Part shown: piece after piece, positions 8,926 through 17,473 of the stretch
How positions within the stretch are numbered: the stretch's first letter is position 1
Layout: every line of letters starts with the position of its first letter
IMG/VR virus record: IMGVR_UViG_3300044695_003103
Location: 1 to 54,750 of that record
Direction: 5' to 3' (one strand)
DNA length: 54,750 nucleotides
Source of the DNA: a virus
Taxonomy: Duplodnaviria > Caudoviricetes
Program-made: the position numbers and the translations under genes
The notes under the pieces: generated by a model
The model's database searches: none
Told to the model about the DNA's origin: nothing
The model's input: only the letters and a program-made list of their open reading frames with translations

Positions 8926-8967
8926 TAAACAATCATTACTATTTTTGCAAACATAAACAAACACAAT

Positions 8968-9171
8968 ATGAACAATACTGTAGCAACAATGCTCTTGAAT
9001 GAGCAATCAAAACAACTACTCTCATTAAGAGGTAGACTGGAAGAGAAAGAAGTAAGGGTTTCGGCTGATGCTGGTTATCAATTTGAACGTGCCAAGATGA
9101 TTGGTATGTTAGATATGGCTCGTGCTTTTGATGTAAACATTGACGAATACCGTTGGGTATATGCTTGCTGA
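8968..9171 (+). CDS. hypothetical protein
   Basis: ORF downstream of TATTTTTG (8940-8947) promoter-like element. Confidence 0.6.
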   Translation: MNNTVATMLLNEQSKQLLSLRGRLEEKEVRVSADAGYQFERAKMIGMLDMARAFDVNIDEYRWVYAC

Positions 9172-9173
9172 GT

Positions 9174-9383
9174 ATGTATGTAGTATCTAAGGTGGAGATG
9201 GCGGAGTTGATACTTCGCCACCCACAATACGTTTCAGATTTAATGCAGCTTCCGTTGGATATGGTTAATAAGAATCTTCCGGTCTATGTTAAAAACTCCG
9301 ATTCAGATACGCTGCGTTGGCTTTACCAAGAAATTCAAGAACTAATTCAAATAACAAACAACTATGAAACACCTCGCGTTTAA
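9174..9383 (+). CDS. hypothetical protein
   Basis: ORF; likely start MYVVSK. Confidence 0.5.
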   Translation: MYVVSKVEMAELILRHPQYVSDLMQLPLDMVNKNLPVYVKNSDSDTLRWLYQEIQELIQITNNYETPRV

Positions 9384-9861
9384 TTTGCTGATGGCTATCG
9401 GGATGGTAGGCACAGCGCAAAGCACAATCGACTTCGAAACAAAGAAGTGTACACTACAAACTAATAACGGATACGGAGCTAAACGAGAGCTTGTATTTAA
9501 GTTAATATGTACGAAAGAAGAAATCATGAACTGCAAAGACTATTGGGAGTTCATCAAGAAGTACCAAGAAGAAGGATACAGAACCGACACCATCTCAGAT
9601 CAACAGATGTGCGAACTATTCGTAATGAACTTTGTTGGTGTTGGCATTATCAATGGCAAGTATAAGCTAAAGAATCCAAACTCATTAGACTTTATGACCG
9701 ATGTTGAGGGTATGCTCTATGTAATAGAGGATAAAGAAGAGAACAAGTCTTTAAGCAATCGCTTCAATGCATCATTAGTAATCAAGGCTCAAAACGGATA
9801 CGGAAACTACATCACAGGTAAGTTCATTATCGTTGAGAAGAAAGCTGAAATATTCTTTTAG
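9364..9861 (+). CDS. putative secreted/periplasmic protein
   Basis: signal peptide MKHLAFNLLMAIGMVGTA-Q. Confidence 0.6.
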   Translation: MKHLAFNLLMAIGMVGTAQSTIDFETKKCTLQTNNGYGAKRELVFKLICTKEEIMNCKDYWEFIKKYQEEGYRTDTISDQQMCELFVMNFVGVGIINGKYKLKNPNSLDFMTDVEGMLYVIEDKEENKSLSNRFNASLVIKAQNGYGNYITGKFIIVEKKAEIFF

Positions 9862-10056
9862 ATGGAACGGATGCATTTAATTAGGATTCACGTTGACCGA
9901 GAAACCAAGTCGAAGTTAAACATGATGAAGTTTGAGCATGGGTTTGAATCTATGCAAGAACTATATGATAATGTATTTTGGCGTGGTATGGTTCAATTGA
10001 AACAGATGAAGAAGAACAAAGAAGTTCGTCAACAAATTAGAAAGAATAAGACATGA
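9862..10056 (+). CDS. small DNA-binding protein, ribbon-helix-helix-like
   Basis: LIRIHVDRETKSKL strand-helix pattern, basic. Confidence 0.4.
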   Translation: MERMHLIRIHVDRETKSKLNMMKFEHGFESMQELYDNVFWRGMVQLKQMKKNKEVRQQIRKNKT

Positions 10057-10295
10057 GAGAGATAAGAAGAAAGTGTTACCGTATTTGGATAGACTTCTTC
10101 GCTACTCCTTTATTTGTTATTTGCTTTATGATTCCTGGAAAGATTTACCTAAACATAGTGTACAATAGCATTACAGACCTCGTAAGTGCTGTTTTAATAG
10201 AATTGATGTACATACTTGTCTATGTGATAAGATGGCGTATGCTATATAAAAACAGCTTTTTCGGACATGGTATCTATTCATTATCAAGAAGATAG
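10053..10295 (+). CDS. membrane protein
   Basis: two hydrophobic segments. Confidence 0.5.
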   Translation: MREIRRKCYRIWIDFFATPLFVICFMIPGKIYLNIVYNSITDLVSAVLIELMYILVYVIRWRMLYKNSFFGHGIYSLSRR

Positions 10296-10346
10296 CAATG
10301 TTTAATGAAAGCAAATGTTTATATGTAGGATATAGTAGTTAGTTTT

Positions 10347-10748
10347 GTGGCTATGAAAGATGATTCAATTCAACAAGTCCCAAATTGTATAATACCGCGC
10401 CCCGAATTTACATATCTAAATGCTTCAGATGTGGGTAGGTGTATCGGAAAACTATATCTTGGGACCAAAAAAAGCGATAAAAAAAACAGACCAAAGCTAC
10501 TTGCCTCATTTATTCATTTGCTTTCTTATATAAAAGATTGGGAAAGCGAATACTCTAATAGGTACATTGCTGCTTGTTGCGACTTAAGGTTCACATCACA
10601 GGTTTCCTTTTACAAAAAGAAACACGATATATTTTGGAGTACCAATCCACGATATAGGATTCGCATCCAATTAGCTATTGAATCTATGATAAAGATTGAA
10701 CAACGTAAACATAAACGATTCACAAATAAAGAACATGGCGAAGATTGA
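10347..10748 (+). CDS. DnaA domain-IV-like HTH protein (tentative)
   Basis: SNRYIAACCDLRFTSQVSFYKKKH pattern resembles Bac_DnaA_C helices. Confidence 0.35.
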   Translation: MAMKDDSIQQVPNCIIPRPEFTYLNASDVGRCIGKLYLGTKKSDKKNRPKLLASFIHLLSYIKDWESEYSNRYIAACCDLRFTSQVSFYKKKHDIFWSTNPRYRIRIQLAIESMIKIEQRKHKRFTNKEHGED

Positions 10749-11247
10749 TTTAGAAACAATGTCAGACAACATATTCCTAAACGCTGATGAGCGCAAGGAG
10801 ATTGAGTCAGCATTACAGAAAAAAGGTAATGCATCTTTAGTTAAACTATTGGCGATCCATGATGCGATTGTAAGTGCTGCGTTTGGTGATGCTATTCGTA
10901 CATCATCACAATACTTACGAGCCGTTCAGAATAACATGGAGAAAGCCAGGGACTACATATCCGAAGATAGATATGAGGATGTTGTTATAGTACCGGCTGA
11001 TGAGTTCAATGAGGGAAAGACTGAAAGGATGCACCACTCGGTAGCTGTGATGTATAACAAGCACAATGCTGTACCGGAACGAATGAGTAATATGCAAAAG
11101 ACTCTATTCGATACCTCAGAGGAATTGGTTACTTACTTCTTCCTGCACAAGAAATACTCTTCAGAACAAGACCATTCAGAAATCGAGGACATAACTAAGT
11201 TTAGCTATGCAGATATCTCCGGTTCACGCAAAAGAAAAAGAGTATAA
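10735..11247 (+). CDS. hypothetical protein
   Basis: ORF; likely start MAKIDLE. Confidence 0.6.
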   Translation: MAKIDLETMSDNIFLNADERKEIESALQKKGNASLVKLLAIHDAIVSAAFGDAIRTSSQYLRAVQNNMEKARDYISEDRYEDVVIVPADEFNEGKTERMHHSVAVMYNKHNAVPERMSNMQKTLFDTSEELVTYFFLHKKYSSEQDHSEIEDITKFSYADISGSRKRKRV

Positions 11248-11288
11248 AAACTTTTTTTACACAATTAATGTTCTTATATTTGCAAACA

Positions 11289-11624
11289 ATGTTAAACAAG
11301 TTTCACAAATACCCTTGTGTTGCATTCGTAACAGAGCCAAAGGGTTGCAAGTTAAAGTATGGTCAAAGGGTAGAGGTATTATACCTATCGGGAAATGGTC
11401 GGTATGCTATTACTAAACATGGCAGATACGAAACGATAAGGTTTAGTAAAGAGCCACCATCTGAGTTCTTGATTAACCCTCAACCCTACATACCGGAAAA
11501 GCGACAAGGCTTCTTCATTAAGAGTTACAAGCAATTGTACTATGAGTTATTGGAGAGAGCAAAGGAATCGGTTATCAATGGAACAGAGAAACAATTTTGT
11601 CAGAACCTTCTAAAAACAAATTAA
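11289..11624 (+). CDS. hypothetical protein
   Basis: ATG 6 nt downstream of TATATTTG (11275-11282). Confidence 0.55.
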   Translation: MLNKFHKYPCVAFVTEPKGCKLKYGQRVEVLYLSGNGRYAITKHGRYETIRFSKEPPSEFLINPQPYIPEKRQGFFIKSYKQLYYELLERAKESVINGTEKQFCQNLLKTN

Positions 11625-11625
11625 T

Positions 11626-12753
11626 ATGTCAAACAATGTAGCTGTACAACAGCAAAGCAACAAGCCTTCGGTTAAGGCTTTATTTGAAAGACCCGATGTG
11701 GGTAAACGATTTGCAGAGGTGCTTGGTAAACGTGCGCCACAATTCGTAACAAGTATATTACAGTTGGCAGCAAGCGATAAGATATTGGCTGTCGCTGATC
11801 CATACACCGTGTATAACGCAGCAATGACTGCTGCATCGTTAGACCTTCCGGTAAATAAGAATCTTGGGTTCGCTTGGATTATTGGATACAAGAATAACTT
11901 TAAGCAAACTACTGAGGCGCAGTTTCAATTGGGGTACAAAGGATACATTCAGTTGGCTCAACGTACAGGTCAGTACTCAAAGATTAACTGCGTTGAGGTA
12001 TATGAGAATCAGTTCAAGAGTTGGAACGCATTGACCGAAGAGTTAGATGCTGACTTTAGTTCTGAGGGTACTGGTAGGGTAGTTGGTTACTGCGGTTTCT
12101 TTAGACTACTTAATGGCTATGAAAAGACTGTGTATTGGTCCAGTGAGAAAGTTAAGGCACACGCCACACGATTCAGCAAGAACTTTAAGTTTAATGACAG
12201 CACTTGGAAAACAGACTTCGATGCGATGGCTAAGAAAACTGTGCTGAAGAATATGTTATCTACTTGGGGTATCCTATCTGTTGAATTACAGAACGCGCTC
12301 AAGGTTGACCAAGCGGTAATTAAGAATGAAGAAGAGGTTGAGTATCCTGACTACCAAGATGCCAACGTAATTAGCAAGGAAGAAGAAAGGATGATGCAGA
12401 TGATTGATGCTGCTCAGACAGAGGAGGAGTTGAATGCTTTGGTTCCTCATATGATGGAGTCAATGGGTGAGCGATTCAGAAATAAGATGGAGCAGATTCA
12501 AGCAGCAAAGCCAGTTGTTGTTGAGCCGGTGAAGGAAGAGAAGAAGGCTACCAAGAAGCAACAAGACCATCCGATTGAATACTTCAAAAGCTTGGTAGAT
12601 AATTGTAAGTCTTATAAAGACTATGAGAGCCTACAAGAACAAGCGAACTCTCAAGAGAAAGTTGATTACCTCAACGCCAAGATTGATGAATTTGTAAATG
12701 CCGAAATGGAAAAACAAACTAAATCAACAACTGCTGATGGAGAACTTTTCTAA
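11626..12753 (+). CDS. recT: RecT-family single-strand annealing recombinase
   Basis: LGFAWII, AQFQLGYKGYIQLAQRTGQY, WKTDFDAMAKKTVL motifs. Confidence 0.9.
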   Translation: MSNNVAVQQQSNKPSVKALFERPDVGKRFAEVLGKRAPQFVTSILQLAASDKILAVADPYTVYNAAMTAASLDLPVNKNLGFAWIIGYKNNFKQTTEAQFQLGYKGYIQLAQRTGQYSKINCVEVYENQFKSWNALTEELDADFSSEGTGRVVGYCGFFRLLNGYEKTVYWSSEKVKAHATRFSKNFKFNDSTWKTDFDAMAKKTVLKNMLSTWGILSVELQNALKVDQAVIKNEEEVEYPDYQDANVISKEEERMMQMIDAAQTEEELNALVPHMMESMGERFRNKMEQIQAAKPVVVEPVKEEKKATKKQQDHPIEYFKSLVDNCKSYKDYESLQEQANSQEKVDYLNAKIDEFVNAEMEKQTKSTTADGELF

Positions 12754-13609
12754 TTTCTTATTTAGATGTAGTTCTTTGGGAAAGATAATGACCAATCCCC
12801 AAGGCAAAGGTGTCCGTGATAAAATCGCGGATGCCGAAGCTTTGGTCTTGAAACTGCGTTCTGAATTAGAATCTGCAAAGCCAGGTCTAAAGACAACGGA
12901 AGCGAAGAAGGATAAGTTGAGATTGTTATTGTCTGATTTAGAGAATCTTTACACACGCAAAGATGAAGTAAACCTTTCACTAACTTGCCGTAACTATTTG
13001 ATTGACTTATATGTTGAGTCTAAATATGGTAGGTCTAAGAACATTTCGAATAAGTACATTGAGAAAGGATTGCAGGTCGAAGAAGATTCGATTACTCTAT
13101 TATCATTGACTGAGAAGAAGTTTCTTACTAAGAATACGCTTCGCCTTAACAACGATTACGTTTCCGGTGAACCCGATGCTTTCTTTGGCGAGGATATCTT
13201 TAGGGCTGAATGCATTTATGATACAAAGAGTTCTTGGGATTTGTTCACGTTCAGCCACAGCAAGTATGGTCAAGACATAAATCAAGATTACTATTGGCAG
13301 TTACAGGGATACTCTGATCTAACCGGTTGCTCCAGTCTTGCATTGGTTTATTGCTTGGTTAATACTCCAATGCCGTTGATTAATTCAGAGATACAAAGCA
13401 CATGGTATAAGATGGGATGTCCTGCTGAAGATAGCGGTATCTATATTGAAACCTGTGCTGCCATCGAGAAGTCTATGACTTACGATGATATACCAAAAGA
13501 GGAACGCATCAAGATATTCCCAATAGAAAGAGATACTGATGCAATAGACAAGATGCATGAACGCATTTTAGAATGCAGACATTACATGAATCAAACATTT
13601 AACCAATGA
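12737..13609 (+). CDS. YqaJ/lambda-type PD-(D/E)xK exonuclease
   Basis: FRCSSLG, KGLQVEE, SGEPD, YDTKSSW, YYWQLQGY; adjacent to RecT. Confidence 0.8.
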   Translation: MENFSNFLFRCSSLGKIMTNPQGKGVRDKIADAEALVLKLRSELESAKPGLKTTEAKKDKLRLLLSDLENLYTRKDEVNLSLTCRNYLIDLYVESKYGRSKNISNKYIEKGLQVEEDSITLLSLTEKKFLTKNTLRLNNDYVSGEPDAFFGEDIFRAECIYDTKSSWDLFTFSHSKYGQDINQDYYWQLQGYSDLTGCSSLALVYCLVNTPMPLINSEIQSTWYKMGCPAEDSGIYIETCAAIEKSMTYDDIPKEERIKIFPIERDTDAIDKMHERILECRHYMNQTFNQ

Positions 13610-13986
13610 AAACAAACGAGAAAATTTCAATCGTAGCCAAAGAGTTTCTAAAAGCATTTGATGCTGAAGAATTGGTAGGCAGAAAGAAGAATCTAATTAG
13701 GGCTGTTGATGCATTCTGCTTCGTAATAAAGAATGTTATGTACAAGCAGACAACGCTCAAGGATGCAGCTTCTTTTGTTAATAGAGAGTTCGAGAAGAAC
13801 AAGAAGTCTTTTCTTCATTCAGATGTAATTAGTGCTATACGTAGACATAATACACGGATGGATAAGGGGTTCACTTGCGATGTCTATTATCAAGATGTGT
13901 ACAATGAGGTAATTGAAAAGCTCATTAACAAGGAAGTAATTAATTCAGATAAGCACCATGAGGAAGTCGAAACAAAAGAAGGATGA
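13606..13986 (+). CDS. DnaA domain-IV-like HTH protein
   Basis: TTLKDAASFV...HSDVISAIRRH resembles SLxEIG...DHTTVxHA. Confidence 0.5.
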   Translation: MKTNEKISIVAKEFLKAFDAEELVGRKKNLIRAVDAFCFVIKNVMYKQTTLKDAASFVNREFEKNKKSFLHSDVISAIRRHNTRMDKGFTCDVYYQDVYNEVIEKLINKEVINSDKHHEEVETKEG

Positions 13987-14320
13987 TGTTCCGTTTGAAA
14001 CAACTCCTGAAGGGGCAAGCTATGAAATGTTTGAGCAGTCTTGGTATTCGCTTCCATTTGGAAAAGAAACAGGATCAATCGACACGAAGAAGCTTTGGTG
14101 GAATCTATTGTCTTGGAGCGAACAAGGCAATACCTATAAGAATTGGATGGCAGCAGCCAGGACTTTCTATTTAAAATCACCTCATCAATATAGGATACAT
14201 GGAACAGCAGCAACACAACAAGCAATTGAGTTCAACCTCACAAATCAGCAAGTATCAGAAGCCAGAGGAGCAGACTATTTCATTCCCGAACATCTCCGCA
14301 ACAACGATAGGGGTAATTAA
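13958..14320 (+). CDS. replication-associated protein (tentative)
   Basis: WS..G..YKNWMAAARTF resembles phage replisome-organiser C-termini. Confidence 0.4.
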   Translation: MRKSKQKKDDVPFETTPEGASYEMFEQSWYSLPFGKETGSIDTKKLWWNLLSWSEQGNTYKNWMAAARTFYLKSPHQYRIHGTAATQQAIEFNLTNQQVSEARGADYFIPEHLRNNDRGN

Positions 14321-15068
14321 GAATGCAATAGATATTCCCATTCGGGATGAGTTGCGTAAGTTCCCTGAGAAACTAATACGAGATGCCACTACAATTATTG
14401 GCGAGGTGTTAGTTGCTTACTGCGGTGCGACATCCGATGGTACACATTCCGGTGTAGTATCTGAATGCGTAGCGTTAATGACACATAAGTTTTCTCATCT
14501 GTCAATCTATGAGATACGTGAAGCGTTTAGATTGGCTGCGGTAAATCAGATTGATGTTAATCTAACTGCATACAAGGGTGTTGCTACCGTTTATGTATTC
14601 GGTCAAGTAATGAGTGCGTATGATGAATTGCGTAGACCAGTTGCCCACAAACTTAAAGTCGTTCCGGTAGATACGGAAGAAGATGAGAAAGAGGTTGAGC
14701 GTAAACGTAATGAGTACAATCAAATGGTTGTTGATTGGTACAACAAATCAATCGAAACAAAAGGTGCTTCAATCAGGTCAATTGATGATATACCATTTTA
14801 CTACTACGATACATTGTCTGAACTTGGCTTACTGCAAATTGATATTGACACCAAGAAGATGTACATGGAGAAGGCAATCATCCTATTGAAGAATAAGTTT
14901 CAGTCCTCCAATTCTAACTTGGATAAAGAGGATAGGCAGTTCGTTCGTTCTGTATCAGAGATTGGTCCAGTGCAAGCTTACTTCGCTTCAACCAAATCAC
15001 AGCAATCAGAAACAATATCGCTTGCGAAGAAGCTATATCTGTTCGACACAATAAAAGCAATTAACTAA
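14199..15068 (+). CDS. hypothetical replication-region protein (helicase-loader-like, tentative)
   Basis: position; LSIYEIREAFRL...FGQVMSAY pattern. Confidence 0.4.
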   Translation: MEQQQHNKQLSSTSQISKYQKPEEQTISFPNISATTIGVIKNAIDIPIRDELRKFPEKLIRDATTIIGEVLVAYCGATSDGTHSGVVSECVALMTHKFSHLSIYEIREAFRLAAVNQIDVNLTAYKGVATVYVFGQVMSAYDELRRPVAHKLKVVPVDTEEDEKEVERKRNEYNQMVVDWYNKSIETKGASIRSIDDIPFYYYDTLSELGLLQIDIDTKKMYMEKAIILLKNKFQSSNSNLDKEDRQFVRSVSEIGPVQAYFASTKSQQSETISLAKKLYLFDTIKAIN

Positions 15069-15081
15069 AACAACAATAACT

Positions 15082-15270
15082 ATGAGAACTAAAATCTATT
15101 TGATGGCGATTGTATTCGCCCTAACATCTTGCTCTAAAGAAGAATCTGACTCTACCTATTCAGGATGTCCAACCACATCTGCTTGCGGATGCTCCGGTAA
15201 AACTAAATCCGAGTGTGAATCAAGCCCCTGCTGCAAATGGACAGTTGGTCAAGGATGCGGTTGCCGCTAA
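15082..15270 (+). CDS. Cys-rich small lipoprotein
   Basis: lipobox ALTSC; 8 further Cys in 45 residues. Confidence 0.7.
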   Translation: MRTKIYLMAIVFALTSCSKEESDSTYSGCPTTSACGCSGKTKSECESSPCCKWTVGQGCGCR

Positions 15271-15393
15271 CGTTCCCACGCTTGGCGAAGAAGCGGACTT
15301 GGAAGCACAGACTTTCAGTTTAGCACGAACACAAATAGAAAGCACGAATGTTAAATTTAGCACTAAACCCGCTTTTTTGCCAAACGTGTGTTA
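15268..15393. repeat. attC-like hairpin site 1
   Basis: TAAC-GTTCC-CACG-C-TTGGCGAAG-AAGCGG...CCGCTT-TTTTGCCAA-A-CGTG-T-GTTA. Confidence 0.8.
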
Positions 15394-15494
15394 TGTGTAG
15401 TTGCGGTTTAATAGCAGAAAGTTAAATTTGAAACGAGATACTTTTTCTTTTCTTTTTTGAGCGATGGCAAAAATAAATTTAAAAAATTAAAAAT

Positions 15495-16073
15495 ATGAGT
15501 TTACAGACAGTAACAGAACAAGGAGATGAATATTACACTCCAAAATACATAGTAGAAATACTTGTGCCTTTTATGAAAAATAAGGGGTTTAAAACGATAT
15601 GGTGTCCTTGCGACAAGGAATGGAGTGAATATGTAAAAGTATTTAAACTTGAAGGGTTTAATGTAATATACTCACATATTGATAATGGGCAAGATTTTTT
15701 AAATTACGAACCCACAGAACAATATGATGCCATAATTACAAACCCACCATTTAGTATTAAAAACAAAATATTTGAAAGATGTATAGAATTGAATAAGCCA
15801 TTTTGTCTGTTGATGTCGGCTACTTCAATTCAAAGTGCAAGTTTTGTAAAGATAATTTCAAAGGCAAAAGATTTTAATGTAATGATGTTTGATAAGCGAA
15901 TATCATATAGCGGAGATAGACCACCATTCCCAAGTTGGTATTATGCAAGTGGCTTATTTGACAAAACAGAATTTTATATTTACAAACAAGACCCAAAACT
16001 CCTTTTTAAAGCGTGGGAAGAAAAAAGAAAAGAAAAAGAATTACGGGCAGGAACTTTATTTGAAACGGAATGA
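15495..16073 (+). CDS. DNA amino-methyltransferase (probably N6-adenine), cassette 1
   Basis: DEYYTP, IWCPCD, GQDF, ITNPPFS motifs. Confidence 0.85.
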   Translation: MSLQTVTEQGDEYYTPKYIVEILVPFMKNKGFKTIWCPCDKEWSEYVKVFKLEGFNVIYSHIDNGQDFLNYEPTEQYDAIITNPPFSIKNKIFERCIELNKPFCLLMSATSIQSASFVKIISKAKDFNVMMFDKRISYSGDRPPFPSWYYASGLFDKTEFYIYKQDPKLLFKAWEEKRKEKELRAGTLFETE

Positions 16074-16086
16074 TAGCAATTACACA

Positions 16087-16164
16087 TAACGTTTTCGGGC
16101 TTGGCGAAGTGGCTTTTGTGCGTTGGCTTGTGTGTCGGGAAGCCATTTTGCCAAACCCGTGTTA
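16087..16164. repeat. attC-like hairpin site 2
   Basis: TAAC-GTTTT-CGGG-C-TTGGCGAAG-TGGCTT...AAGCCA-TTTTGCCAA-A-CCCG-T-GTTA. Confidence 0.8.
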
Positions 16165-16210
16165 TATGCCGTTGCGGATTTTGAAACGAAAACTTAAATA
16201 AATAATAAAT

Positions 16211-16738
16211 ATGGGAAATGTAACTTACAAAAATCAACCTGCTATTGACAAGACAAAAGGAAGTGTGCCGTTGGCAGGAACGAGCCACATTTACAGAGTT
16301 AAAAAGAAACTTTGGAACGATAGCATTGAAGATGTTTTGCAGGGATTGTTTATTGGTAGAACATTGCACGTTTGTAGTGGTAAATCAATGCTTGGTGATG
16401 TTCGGTTAGATGCAGATGCTGAAAATAATCCTGATATAATTTGCGATGCTTCAAATATGAAAGACTTTGTAAAGGATAACGAATTTGAAACGGTTATTTG
16501 CGACCCGCCATACAACGGAAAGTTTCAATGGAATCACGATTTACTAACTGAACTTTCAAGGGTAGCAAGTAAAAGGATTATTTTTCAGCATTGGTTTATA
16601 CCTGCAAATCCATCAGGGACATACAAAAAGGCACAAGAGAAGTTTCTTTTGTCTGATGTATTAGTGTGGCAACCTAAAACTTACTTTGGTCGGGTGCAGG
16701 TTGTTTCAGTTTTCGATGTCGTTAGCAATGGCATATAA
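16211..16738 (+). CDS. DNA amino-methyltransferase, cassette 2
   Basis: LHVCSG motif I, PDIICDA, VICDPPY motif IV. Confidence 0.8.
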   Translation: MGNVTYKNQPAIDKTKGSVPLAGTSHIYRVKKKLWNDSIEDVLQGLFIGRTLHVCSGKSMLGDVRLDADAENNPDIICDASNMKDFVKDNEFETVICDPPYNGKFQWNHDLLTELSRVASKRIIFQHWFIPANPSGTYKKAQEKFLLSDVLVWQPKTYFGRVQVVSVFDVVSNGI

Positions 16739-16752
16739 CTCTCTTATACACG

Positions 16753-17397
16753 CTAATTCGTAGCGCGTACTACTCCAGCACCAACAATAATACCTAACCC
16801 GAACTTGAAAGCGGTGGTTTCATACCATCGCTTTTTTTCTTTTATGACTATGTTTGACATCCCATCAAGCTGCATAGTAGGGTTGTCTATCTTCAGGAAT
16901 AGCACCTTATCCTTCTTACCAAGAACTTTATTGAAGAAGCCGGAACGTAATGTATCCCCAATGGCGTATGTTAATGATGCGTGGCTAACTAACGAATCAA
17001 TTTGTAGTTTACCAAATCGACTTATCGTACCTCCCATCTCAAACCACTTGTCCTTCACATAGAATGTACGAGGCAGCTTTACGTAAGGCTGCTTATCAAT
17101 CATTACCGTATCTAACTGCACCTGTGTTTTTATAATTGTTTTGGTTTGAGTCTTAATAACCACTTCTGGATTTTTAATCCCAAGACTCTTTAACTCTGCA
17201 ATTTGCTTTTTCTGATTGATGATAGTAAGAGATTGAGAGTAAATCACTGACGAATCTTTAAGCGTTTTGCTTTTAAACTCCTGCTCTTTCAAAATAGCAT
17301 TTTCTTCTACGGCTAATTTAGTTCCGCACGTTGAAACAAGTGCTAACAGAAGTGCAAATATTACAAGGAAGTAGGTTATTCTTTCAGTGCTTTTCAT
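16753..17397 (-). CDS. spanin-like lysis protein (possibly unimolecular)
   Basis: N-terminal hydrophobic segment ending LVSTC, coiled coil, C-terminal TM FGLGIIVGAGVV. Confidence 0.55.
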   Translation of the reverse strand: MKSTERITYFLVIFALLLALVSTCGTKLAVEENAILKEQEFKSKTLKDSSVIYSQSLTIINQKKQIAELKSLGIKNPEVVIKTQTKTIIKTQVQLDTVMIDKQPYVKLPRTFYVKDKWFEMGGTISRFGKLQIDSLVSHASLTYAIGDTLRSGFFNKVLGKKDKVLFLKIDNPTMQLDGMSNIVIKEKKRWYETTAFKFGLGIIVGAGVVRATN

Positions 17398-17410
17398 AAG
17401 TAAATATACG

Positions 17411-17439
17411 AAATAAAGAGGGGGCTTGTTACAGCCCCC
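17411..17439 (-). terminator. intrinsic terminator
   Basis: GGGGCT/AGCCCC stem then T-rich tract on minus strand. Confidence 0.5.
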
Positions 17440-17473
17440 AACCGTGAAGTTTGCCTAAACCACAGTGTTATTT

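Larger units (their letters stand above)
15268..16739. mobile_element. integron-like two-cassette array without integrase
   Basis: two conserved hairpins plus cassette-specific 15-bp terminal inverted repeats. Confidence 0.7.

Noticed and set aside
10784-11010. Further CTGATGAG words as hammerhead cores
   Set aside because: They lie inside coding sequence with no stem II, GAAA and stems I/III arrangement.
15215-15400. 61-aa ORF, and antisense ORF 15980-16369
   Set aside because: They overlap the hairpin sites and real genes; likely shadows.
15268-16164. CRISPR array or simple terminators as an explanation for the repeats
   Set aside because: Only two units, separated by a whole gene. There are no U-tracts after the stems, and terminators would not explain cassette-specific inverted ends.
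16740-16751. TCTCTTATACAC matches part of the Tn5/Nextera mosaic end
   Set aside because: Only 12 of 19 nt match, both flanks differ, and adjacent genes end intact. Probably chance, though read mapping should confirm the junction.
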